Assembly (NCBI RefSeq): GCF_963676685.1
Contig: NC_092353.1
Span: 8,494,001-8,558,000, forward strand
From: Mytilus edulis
Lineage: Eukaryota
Direction of reading: 5' to 3'
DNA length: 64,000 nucleotides
Part shown: positions 12,901 to 23,989 of the stretch, in pieces
How the letters are laid out: each line of letters opens with the position of its first letter
How positions within the stretch are numbered: position 1 is the stretch's first letter
Translations under genes and position numbers: made by a program
Notes under the pieces: generated by a model
What the model was told of the DNA's origin: nothing
Databases searched by the model: none
What the model saw: only the letters and a program-made list of their open reading frames with translations

Positions 12901-15900
12901 TGATGCTTTTGACACACAAAAATATGCACGTAATGACTAAATTGGACCAAAACATCAATTTCTTGTATAAGCTTAGTATCAATGTTTTTTTTCTCATTTG
13001 AATTCGTTCACATTTGATTATTCATTTGTATGCCATATATAACTAATTTAATATTATGAGTTTTTACATTGCTTAAAGGAATGATGTGACCTGTTATCAG
13101 ATCTGTATTGGACTAATATATATTTCACTCTTTGAAAAGCTCTGTTCATTTGTATTAGCTTATTTACATTTCAATTAATACGTTGTACGTTTGCATTTTT
13201 GCATCATCGGCAAAGTTAAACTGAGAGGAACTTGACGATTCCTCTTAAATATGCCTTTACATTCAAAACAATCATCTTTACAACAAAGCATATGTATTTA
13301 ACAAGCCAAACAAGCATAAAGTATATGATTCCTCCCGTCATGCTTTAATTCAGTAGACTGAAAATATTTCAGATAGGTTGGATAATGTCATTTTATAAGA
13401 AATCTCTCAAAACACTTATGTCCTCATTGCAGTCTTTTTTTTATCAATTGTGTGTTATTTTAGTTAATTACGACTTAACTCTTACTATTTACAACTAATT
13501 CATTCTGAATAACATTTATTATGAACGACTAAAGCAACACATTTAAAAGCTAAGTATTCGTCAGTACCGAAATACATGAAGTATATGTACAAAAACATAA
13601 AAATCAAAGGTAAGTACAACTTTTGATTGATATTGCAAATCCTAGCCATACTATTTTTTTTTATATAATTACAGGGACCAGTATGGGGACATCTTCAAGT
13701 TCACCAAGTAAGACAAAAACACACAATTGTTTTATTTTTTTCTTCTTTGAAATCACCGAACCTCAATATATATAGTCACTGGGCTAATACCAGATTATAA
13801 TTCCAAAGACTCAGATATCACATTATAATGCAGTAAACAACTTTCGAGTTCGATGCATTTCCGTCAAAAACTCTGGTTTTAGTGAACGTCATTTGTGCGT
13901 TTAGGGGCGTCGTCACTTCCATTCTAATGTTGAACGAGTGGTTGGAAAACTATAATTCTATATTATACGAAGTTATTCGGCAAATTGTATTCTCAAAATT
14001 GACAATCAGCACTGCTGTCATTAGGGAATTGTCATTAAGTACCTACAGAACAACCATTATTTCTAGTTCACAACGACGATCACTTAGACGCTTGATGAAC
14101 GTTAATAGTGCAGGGATACAGCCGAGCCTTCTCTATCTGGTAAATGACGTCATAAAGGCGCGCATAAGAGTGTTTTTTCTGGTGATGAATGAACTCGAAA
14201 GTGGTCTATTCTTTTGTAAGGGAAATTTTCATTAGTCGGTGACAAATATTTTAAAGGGTTAGATTTTTCGTTCCACTAACCACGAAAGCCATCATTTCGA
14301 ATTTTTTATTGGTTTGCAATTTCTCAAAAGCAAACAAGATGGTCGCATTTTATGCATCAAAATCTTCTTTTTGTCAATTTTGACACAATTCCATAGTAAT
14401 ATTCATGTAATTGTTATAAAATACACCAAATGACAAAATTACAAACCTTATGTCGATTTTTATCCAATTCTTAGAAATATACCTGTGACGTCACTTTTTG
14501 TGGCGTTGATATAATAATTATTTGTTTGACACACAGTTCATAATTATTGTATGTTGTGTGTGTGTGTGTGTGTACTGTCCTAGATTAGGTATTCGTTGTT
14601 GTTCTGTTTAACACGTCGAAATGTACTATTATATTATCTATTTATTGCTCTGTCCGAAGTACTATTGTTCTTGCATTTATTAAACATTGTCATAAGCGCT
14701 TGGGTTGGCTAGCCATGAAACAGGTTCAACCAACCTTTTCTTCAATATCCTGTATCAAGTTAGGAATATGGCAGTTATCTTATAGTTCATTTATATATGT
14801 TGCATTGTCGTTTGTTTTTCGTTGCACTTCAGTGTTTCTGTTGTACCCCTCTTATAGTTGATGTGATTCCCCCGAGGTTTTGTAACTCGGATAGTTTCCT
14901 CTCAGACGTTTATGACTTTTGCATAGTAGTATACTACTGTTGTCTTTATTTGAAACCACGCAGTAGCGTAGGAAAATTATAAATACCTCTCGTTTTTATG
15001 TTAAACATCAAGAGTATACATATGACGTTTCATTGTTACAAATATTATTTACTTTGTTATGTGGAATTAGAATGGAGATAACTGTATTGTATTTTAAATA
15101 AATAAACTGAGTTCGCTTCGTACAACTTGATTTTTCTGTCGCAAATATCCGTTTACCTAACACGTTACGCGTCTCTAGGTACACTCAATTCGCGACAGTA
15201 AAATCTACGTTTTATGTAGGACACGCTTAAACACAATATGGTTGTCTTCAAATTTATCCGTAGTATCATGCATTATAAAGTATGATTACCTCATCGAATG
15301 ATCTTTAATAATCATTATCAACTGCCAATACAAATAGCTCTTTATTAACGTTTATGTATGGAACGTCAAAGCTGTCTTATTACGCTCATATTCATTATAT
15401 GGTATGCATTTACTTTTATATGATGTGCACTTGTAATAATATGATGTACAAATACTTTTATTTGATGTACAAATACTTTTATATGATGTGCATTTATTTT
15501 TATATGATATGGAAATAACATATATGATATGGAAATATCCTATATGTGAATTATTGTGTTGTATGACATGAAGTTATTCTGTAAACACACACACACATAC
15601 ACATAGTAGTACATAATGATTTACATATATATTACCAAATGCATTACATATATATCAGTACAACATTTATTACAAATATAGTAGAACATCATGAATTACA
15701 GCTCATTCAGCGGTCAACGACCAAGATAAACATATAGATTTATTTGTCAACTAAGACATGTTAGGGCGGGAGCCTCAGTATAATGAATATTGTGTTATTA
15801 AATGAAAATGTACCCGATCTGTTAAATTGCAGCTCTTTGTTTACAAAAATAGAAAACAGAATTGTACTTCCTTTTTGTTTTTTAAAAATTCCAGTTCTCG

Positions 15901-17120
15901 ATTCTATACTATAATGTAAAATCCTAAGTTATTGTAAATACTTTGTCATATTGTCGATATTGGAATGCATGATTCCTATTTCGTAAAGTAAATGCAAATG
16001 TTATTAAGCGAGGCCCAAATAACCTATTAACTGTCAATTATCTTGCAAGAACAAATCTTGTGTTTTCTATATTATTTTAGATTCAGATCATCGTCCAGTC
16101 TCTTATCAACGTCCGTTCCTAAAAAAGACGTCCGAATCTGACGTCCCGTTCTCAAATAAGTGTGCTTTATTTTAACCCTTTAAAAATCAACGTCGAATGT
16201 GACGTTATGAATCGCATAAACGCTGATTTGAAAGCTACAAAAAGACGCCGATTAGAGGCACATAAAATTAGCCGTCAATTCTGTTATTCATATGTTATTG
16301 TGCTGTCAGATTTGGACGTCGATTTGAGGAACGGTCGTCAATTATAGGCCAGACGTCGATCTAAGTCTTTTCGTTGATGTGTTTCCCTCGGTTTTAGTTT
16401 GTAACCCAGATTTGTTTTTGTCTGCTATCAAACAGCGGTATACTACTGTTGCCTTTCTTTACACACACATACATACATATATATATATATATATAATTAT
16501 GTATGCGATGTTTAAATACGCAGCCTCTGTTTTAATAATTTTATTGAGGCAATCGTTCTCGTAAACTCATATATATCACAATTGTCGTCACCGTTAAAGT
16601 TTTATAATTGTGCAAGTTCATATCGCACATTGTTATTTTTATTTGAAGCATATAGTTTCAGTCTCTGTTGTAATTACTGTGGATTCATTATTTTCGTTGG
16701 ATACCAATTTGTCGTGGATTTCGTCGGTACAGTTGAACCACGAATTTAAATGTTCAACGAATAACAAATTTGCAATACACTTGAATGCAGATATTAGCAA
16801 AACCACGAAATCGAATATCCACGAAAGTGTAAGTTTTCCTCAATCCAAGAAAATTGGTTCCCACGAAAATAAATGGATCCACAGTATGTCATGTTTAATA
16901 AATGTTTAGAATGATGCAAGCGTCTTAACTGATGTTTGGTTTAACTTTTTTATTGTATAAATTTCAAGATTGTGATAGTTTAATCAAAGTAGACTGATAT
17001 GATTCATTCAACATGACAATCATACTGATGAAGGATATCTGTTATCCGAAATATTTATAAATAATTACATTTATAGTTTCCTTTTTTTGTTATTGATGTT
17101 GTTTTGTACAGCTTTTAGGC

Positions 17121-17173
<53 letters not shown>

Positions 17174-20100
17174 TACGTCTGAGTCAGTGACAACCCTACA
17201 ACAGATGTATCCATCGGATCGCCATCAATGATGGTGATACATGGCTGTGTACATAATGTATATGCAACTCGTCTAAACATCAACCCAACAATGTTAGATC
17301 TGTAAATTTGCTTTCGCATGCACATTTACAGATNNNNNNNNNNNNNNNNNNNNNNNNNNNNNNNNNNNNNNNNNNNNNNNNNNNNNNNNNNNNNNNNNNN
17401 NNNNNNNNNNNNNNNNNNNNNNNNNNNNNNNNNNNNNNNNNNNNNNNNNNNNNNNNNNNNNNNNNNNNNNNNNNNNNNNNNNNNNNNNTATGTACACAGC
17501 CATGTATCACCATCATTGATGGCGATCCGATGGATACATCTGTTGTAGAGTTGTCACTGACTCAGACGTACTTATATATATATATATATATATATACAAC
17601 TAGTCTAAACATCAACCCAACAATGTTAGATCTGTAAATTTGCTTTCGCAAATTTTTGGTTCTTCCCTCGCCGGGATTCGAACCCATGCTACTGTGATAT
17701 CGTGACACCAAATCGCCTGCACTGCAGCCGTCCCGCTAGACCACACGACCACCTGGGCTCTCAATAAAGAGCTTTCGCTGGCCGTGTGTTACCTTTCCTC
17801 GTCAGTTTTAATCTAGCGGCGTACTACAGTACATGATATATAAGGCATGAAGATGTTATTGTTACAGATCAGCTAAATTATCTATAGTAAAGGATCCTAC
17901 AAATTATATATAATTTTTTGATATCACTGCAATATAAAGTGCATCTATCATTCGTTATTTAAATACAATTTCAAGATTAAAGGGAGAACATTTCATGAAG
18001 TAATATGTGTAAAGAAGCTCAAATAAGCTAAAAAAAAAGATAACTTTATAAAAAGTCAAAGTAAAAATTCAAATCACCTACTTTTACATTAATATCTTGC
18101 TCAATATATGTTTATTTTTTGTACTGTAAAAGTTGTCTTATTTCAGTGGACTGGTGGGAAATTTTATTGATAGTTTTAGCAGGCATAGCATTATCAATGA
18201 TAGTTGCCATAATAATTCGTCATGTATATACACACCACAAAGTTTCAAAAATAGGTAAGAACATAACTCTATATCTCTCCTTTAGACACTGAATATCTAA
18301 AAGGCGTTTCTACACCTATTGATATTTTGCTAAAAATCTGTTTCCGAACTTTTGATATGAAACCAAAATCAGGTTATGGTCCTTCCGTTTTGATTTAGGT
18401 CATAATGAAATATCCTTAATTTTCAGTCCGTCATTTTGCCATTCCGTCATTTCTTCATTCGCAAACAACAGTTTGAATTTACATCTGGTACCATCTGCTG
18501 ATTTATGTCGAAATTATGTTTTGGCATTTTTCCAATCGCCATCACATATTGAACTTATCTTAAGTATGATAGTCTACAATGATTAATGACAGACCGATTT
18601 TTCATTTGGCTCCGCTATGCTGGATTTTGTCAACATAATGAGCTTTGGACTCTGAAAATTTCAACTAATATAGATGGATTTATTTGTTTACGTGTTACAT
18701 ATTTGGTTTTCGGTCATTTTTTGTAAATAAATAAGGCAGTTTTTTCGTTTGGTTTGTTTTTCACTTGTCGTTTCGGGGCCTTTTATAGCTGACTATTGCT
18801 CAATGTTAGGGGCCGTATGGTGACCTATAATTGTGAATGTCTGTGTCATTTAGTCTCTTGTAGAGAGTTGTCTCATTGTCAATCATAACACATCTTCTTT
18901 TTTATATTCAAGCTTTTTTGCTAACGGGGCCATTCTGGGCATTCTTACATATCTATTTGTAAACGTGTGACGAAAATTTTTACGCAACCGTGTTTGACTT
19001 CAAACAGAAAAGGCTGACCAATATGCATACATAAAGGCAACAGTAGTATACCGCTGTTCAAAACTCATAAATCTATGAACGAAAAACAAAATCGGGGTAA
19101 CAAAATAAAACTGAGGGAAACGCATTAAATATTAGAGGAGAACAACAACACAACATTAAAATGTAAAACACACAGCAACGGACTAAGCATTAGACAAAAT
19201 CCGATGAGAATAACCAATATAACATCAAAACCAAACACATGAATTTGGGATAGAAATACACATGTAAATACGTCTAGGGTCCCCTAAGTAATGAATAAGC
19301 ATTTTATAAGAAAGCAAACATAAGTTATTCAATATTATCCGATGTTTTGAAAGCGCCAAAGTCAGCGTCACGCAATTCCAAAATATCTGCACAGACCGGG
19401 GATGCAAGAAATAAAACTTTGTTTGGTAGGGCTCGTTTGAAGATATTTAGTTTTCGTACTTATATGAGTCACACGACGGGTGGCACATGTAGAGCAAGAT
19501 CATTTTACTTTTCTGAAGCACCTGGCATCACCGCGTGTTGTTATCTGGGTTCTTTCGAATATGTTTAGAAAAAAACTTGAGTATAAATGTATTGATTTCT
19601 ATGAAATTACATCATAAGGATTTATATCATAAAAGGAAGGTTTGGACTTATTTATGGTGGTGAAACCGTGATTAATTTTGGATCAAAAAGCACAAAAACT
19701 CAATCCTTTCTCTGGTTTCCGAAGAATAAAATTGAGAAAGGAAATGGGGAATGTGTCAAAGCGACAACAACCCGACCATAGAGTAGACAACAGCCGAAGG
19801 CGGCCACCAATGAGTCTTCAATGCAGCGAGAAAATCCCGCACCCGGAGGCGTCCTTTAGCTGGCCCCTTAAAAAATATGTATACTAGAACAGTGATAATT
19901 GACGTCATACTAAACTCCGAATGATACACAAGAAACTAAAATAAAAATCATATATTGTACAAGACTAACAAAGGCCAGAGGCTCCTGACCTGGTACGGGC
20001 GCAAAATAGCTGCCGGGTTAAACATGTTTATGAGATCTCAACCCTCCCCTATATCTCTAGCCAATGTAGAAAAAAAAACCAAACGCATAACAATTCGAAC

Positions 20101-20843
20101 ATTAAAATTCAGTTCAAGAGAAGTCCGAGTCCGATGTCAGAAGATGTAACGCTAACATGGTTAAGTGGGGCTTGTTTGAAGATATTAAGTATGCAGACAA
20201 TAACTTAAGAATCAATGTATAATTGTGTATGTTATTGTTACACCATATATTTAAAACCACATAACGGAGGTTGAAGGTTGTTTATTCTTTAGTTTTTTAT
20301 GTTGTGTCATGTGTACTATTGTTTGTCAATTTGTCTTTTTCATTTTTAGCCATGGCGTTTTCAGTTTATTTTCGATTTATGAGTTTGACTTATTTCAAAC
20401 GGATTTAAATAATCTTCAAATATTTGTGTAATTCAATTTGATAAATCTTATAGTGTTTAGAATGTTTTATTTTGTTTTCAATTGAGTCCAAATAAGAGTG
20501 CAAAATTATACTTAGATTTATTTTGATTAGCTGTATCTAATAATGTATTTGGATGCTACTTTTGTTTGACCATTTTTCAAATCGGTTTACATCAGTATAA
20601 CAATCTATTTTGTGTTTGTTTTAAATTAACAAAAATGTAATGATGTGTCTATTAAAGCATGATTCCTCTATCATCCCTTTTCCAATGTTCCCTAAACTTC
20701 ATAAGATGTCAACCGCGATGCATGGCGAAATAAGTACATTGTATAGATGATAGTTAAACAAATATTTTCTCTCAATTTCCTTTGTTTGTGTATCTGATTA
20801 ACTCTTCCTTATTGTTTCTAACATTTCAGGGGTGCAGAAATGA
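6926..20843 (+). CDS. Uncharacterised Cys-rich single-pass (type I-like) membrane protein, 7 exons identified (~218 aa plus an unresolved leader)
   Basis: Phase-consistent exons: 6926-7103 (DAVCTGLPVELQGSTWEDSVTKQTFTF...FTCTDNTDNVYVFG), 10233-10339 (..YFYLCMRIIKVTHDLFYYYLLA), 12229-12363 (..TCHFCED..), 12647-12727 (..ALCLPCTKTQAECDHS), 13675-13707 (GTSMGTSSSSP), 18147-18254 (MDWWEILLIVLAGIALSMIVAIII TM + RHVYTHHK), 20830-20843 (GVQK*). All GT-AG, no internal stops. Confidence 0.8.
8284..10075 (-). mobile_element. Penelope-like retroelement RT fragment with 3' end, decayed
   Basis: ORF 9037..9234 IIKMIDFLIDNIFVTFWGRVF; degenerate PAYGVYISQLIRY region ~8720-8790; 3' sequence shared with 53700-54005. 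Confidence 0.7.
9587..10018. mobile_element. Palindromic MITE (~430 bp)
   Basis: AGCCAATTTTGCATAGGTACTAT ... ATAGTACCTATGCAAAATTGGCT; the arms stay complementary far inward; nested in the Penelope fragment. Confidence 0.8.
10738..11340 (+). repeat. Dispersed repeat family B (aagatgtggtatgattgccaatgagacaactctcca...)
   Basis: Partial copies at 795-826, 18700-18905, 24950-25028, 38800-39150, 40890-41140, 45155-45200, 50025-50168, 57180-57740, 63575-63668. Confidence 0.7.
15405..15546. repeat. ~21-22-bp degenerate tandem repeat (tttatatgatgt...)
   Basis: About 6-7 units with atatgatgt/atatgatat cores. Confidence 0.65.
16677..16884. mobile_element. Tc1/mariner-type MITE
   Basis: TA|CTGTGGATTCATTATTTTCGT ... 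ACGAAAATAAATGGATCCACAG|TA. Confidence 0.8.
17124..17171. repeat. (TA)n microsatellite
   Basis: About 24 TA units; a second tract at 17573-17596. Confidence 0.95.
17334..17488. other. Assembly gap (155 N)
   Basis: Run of n characters. Confidence 1.
17662..17760 (-). ncRNA. tRNA-derived (Pol III promoter) sequence within a repeat; not a canonical tRNA
   Basis: Minus strand GCCCAGGTGGTCGTGTGGTCTAG (A box) ... GGGTTCGAATCCC (B box, T-loop); spacing too long and acceptor stem poor for a functional tRNA. Confidence 0.65.
19727..20150 (+). repeat. Dispersed SINE-like repeat family A (aaaattgagaatggaaatgggg...)
   Basis: Further copies at 43820-44140 (minus), 37260-37520 (minus) and 45978-46050 (plus). 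Confidence 0.75.
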
Positions 20844-23628
20844 GATAAGAGTCTGTAATCACGACATCACCACGAAAAACACCAGTAACAGCAGGACGGT
20901 TAAGTTTCATTGACGAGTTGATATAAAACTGTATACACCATCCTTCATTCTCTTATATATCTATTGACATGCATATATTTTTTTTATTTTATGCTGTTAT
21001 ATGTTTTCGCGTCATGCCAAATATTTTGCTATCTTGCCGTCTTTTATTAATTGAATGTTATTCTACTAAATAGAAAACTAAAAAAAGCCTTCAAAAGAAA
21101 CACATGTGTGTACTCTCCTTTTGGGAAGCTGTATTATTAGACAATTTAGGCGAAAAAAATGAAAATAAGTTTTTATAAATGTCATGCATTCGAAGTTTTT
21201 AGTTATTAGTTCGCAAAATCAAAAATTTAAACACATAAAACGAATGGAATACAACTGTCACATTCCAAACATGGTACAAAAAGTTATGTTCTTATAAGAC
21301 GGGTTTTAAACGGCAGACTTTGTATTACCAGATAGTTCCTTATTCGAAATTAATGTTTATAATACCTGTTCGATCAAAGAACGTGCACAGATAGTTGAAC
21401 AACCTCTATATGATACTTATATAGTGTTCTCTTATATATTGTATTGCGATTTCATTGTCTTCCCAACTAGCAGATTAGAATATAGATTTTAGCACAGAAA
21501 TGGCTACTTGTTGGTTAAATCGCAAAGGACATTCATTAATTCCTTTCATATATTGGTTTTTTTTAATGATTAATGAACCGGTCTGGAGAATAACTTTCAT
21601 GTTTGTTTAACTACATTTCTCTTCTTTTATGGTAGATCATAAGTATATATTCTTTGATATGATATTCGTATACTTTGCCAAACTGAAGTTATTACTTTGC
21701 TTTTTTCAAAAATATAATAAAAAGTATGGGTCAACGTGCTATTTTTACAAGCTATGAGTCGTTGAAAATTGCCTACATTTGATAAGATTGTTCATAAAAA
21801 AGTACGTTTGTGTGCATAAAAAAATTCTATAAGATAGAATTTTCATACAAATTGTGAGAATAAAGGTTTTATTATATGTTTTAAGAAAATAAAAATAAAA
21901 AATGGTGTCACCGAACTTGTTTTTTTTTATACAAGTAAAAATAAAAATTTCACTATCAGTCCAGTATATTTTTATTATTAAAAAAGTTTTATTCAATGCC
22001 TGTACCAAGTCAGGAATATGACAGTTCTTGTCCATTCGTTTTTGATGTGTTTTGTCATTTGAATTTGCCGTGTGATTATGGACTTTCCAATTGGATTCTT
22101 TTCTGAGTTCAGTATTTTGGTGATTTTCCTTTTGAATGGCTTATTCTAAAATAATGATTCTAAAAACAATAACAAAAAAAATGATATTTGTTTGAATTAT
22201 TTGAATCACCAATTTTTCTTTATATAAATAAACAGTCTAACTATTTAATTGCAAATCTGTCTCCAAATTTGCAGATTTGAGCAAATAACTAGACCGATTT
22301 TGTCCTGCGATTGTAAAATCCAAGATGGTGGTATGCCATGAATCTATCTTAAGTAGTGTTTGCTACAAAAGCAGGGTTTAATAATAAAAAAACGATATAC
22401 TTGCATATCTGATGACCAATGATGTATAAGAACCGAAACAGTTGAAAACCTATATGACAAAAAGGACATTAGAATAGCTTGTTTGAGTCATGATTAAAAA
22501 CGTTGCTTCATTTCCTTAAACTTTAAGCTTACTATGTATGTAGTATTCGCAATATTCTGTTTTATTTTAATCCAGCGTGAAATTAAATAAATTAGAATTT
22601 CGTTGACATAATCTCAATAGTTATCACAATGAACGATCGTACATCAAGTTTTGAATATTCTGTTTCTTCAAACATTATATAACAAACCATGAAACTCTAA
22701 CAGCATCCAAACATATTTAAGTTATCATCTCTCATGCAACGAATAATCACTACAAGTCTATATAACTTCTGTTATATAACCTTTTGATATTACAGTTGTT
22801 TATAATCGTTTAAGAAGCAATCACAGTAAAACCATTAGGAAATTTTAATAATGCTTAAGATTATCAGATAAACAGTTGAAAATGTTCTTAGTAGTTATGG
22901 CAACGATTTAATTGTAAAATACATCATTTGTATTAGCGAAACGATGGGAAAAAAAATAAGCCTTTAACAATCTTTTTTTCAAAACGGATACTTTCTTTTT
23001 TTTAAAATACATATATATTTTGTAAATTCCGTGATAGGATAGAATTAATTCAGCTAAGTCTTCCTTTTAGTTTACAGGGTGCATTTGCAGTGATATTAAA
23101 ACTATTAAATAAATGAAAGCCAACACAAATTGTTAATTGCATGATCTGGGATCGTTTATCAATTTCCTATGCAAAGCAACAAAGGATATATCAGGCTTTC
23201 TGTTTCAGATATTCTATTATATGATAGATTTGCATATTGATTCGACCACCTCGTTCAATGCTGGTTAATGTGCATATGTTGTCTATAGTGAAGAACTACG
23301 TCAGCAGTGGTTTTCGTCACATCCTAATATTTTATTCAAATATCCGAGATGTGGTGGTTACAGCAAAGATTTCACTTAGAAATATTAACAAATTCAAAAA
23401 TTGTTCGATTTAATCAATGAAATATTGCATAATTAACCTATTAATTATTGCAGACAGAATGTTAATTCGATATTTTATGGTTTTTGTTCTGTCGTTTTGT
23501 TTCTGCTATATTGAGGTAAATCCTCATTGACTTTTATTCGAATATTGACAAATTCAATTACTATTATTTGTTATACAACGTATCATGTAATATTGGTTTT
23601 GAAGAAGAAAGATATACATTCATGACAT

Positions 23629-23797
23629 TGTGGAGGTTAAAAGTATGATATTTTCGCTAATATAAACAAATACTTCTGTTCAGCCATAACTTTTAATAAC
23701 ATCTCAAAGAGCCCCCAGCGACGTCACTGTAGTCGCCAACGTCGCCAATGGTAATTTACAAAGTAAGGAACATCGTTATCCTGCAATAATTTCGACA
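23629..23797 (-). repeat. 3' LTR of BEL/Pao element (169 bp)
   Basis: TG...CA termini; preceded on the minus strand by GCGGCCCCCAGTA at the PPT position. Confidence 0.93.
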
Positions 23798-23989
23798 TAC
23801 TGGGGGCCGCAAAAAGTGAAAATTATCTTAAATTTCACATTAACTGTCCATATTTGTAAATAAATCAAATTAAAAAAGTATCTATCTCCATAAATGAACT
23901 ACATTTAATTAACTAAGTTATTGTTCACATAAATGAACAATTTGAATTAACTTTGAAAGTCCTTTGGAAAATTGCTAATCTTCTTCATC

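Noticed and set aside
13882-14235. 117-aa plus-strand ORF in an intron
   Set aside because: No recognisable motif, non-ATG start and no phase-compatible splice sites noted; probably repeat-derived.
17071-17637. ORFs spanning the N gap and TA tract
   Set aside because: Artefacts of Ns and the microsatellite.
17662-17760. Functional tRNA gene
   Set aside because: Only the A and B boxes are conserved; no convincing cloverleaf, and it is embedded in a repeat.
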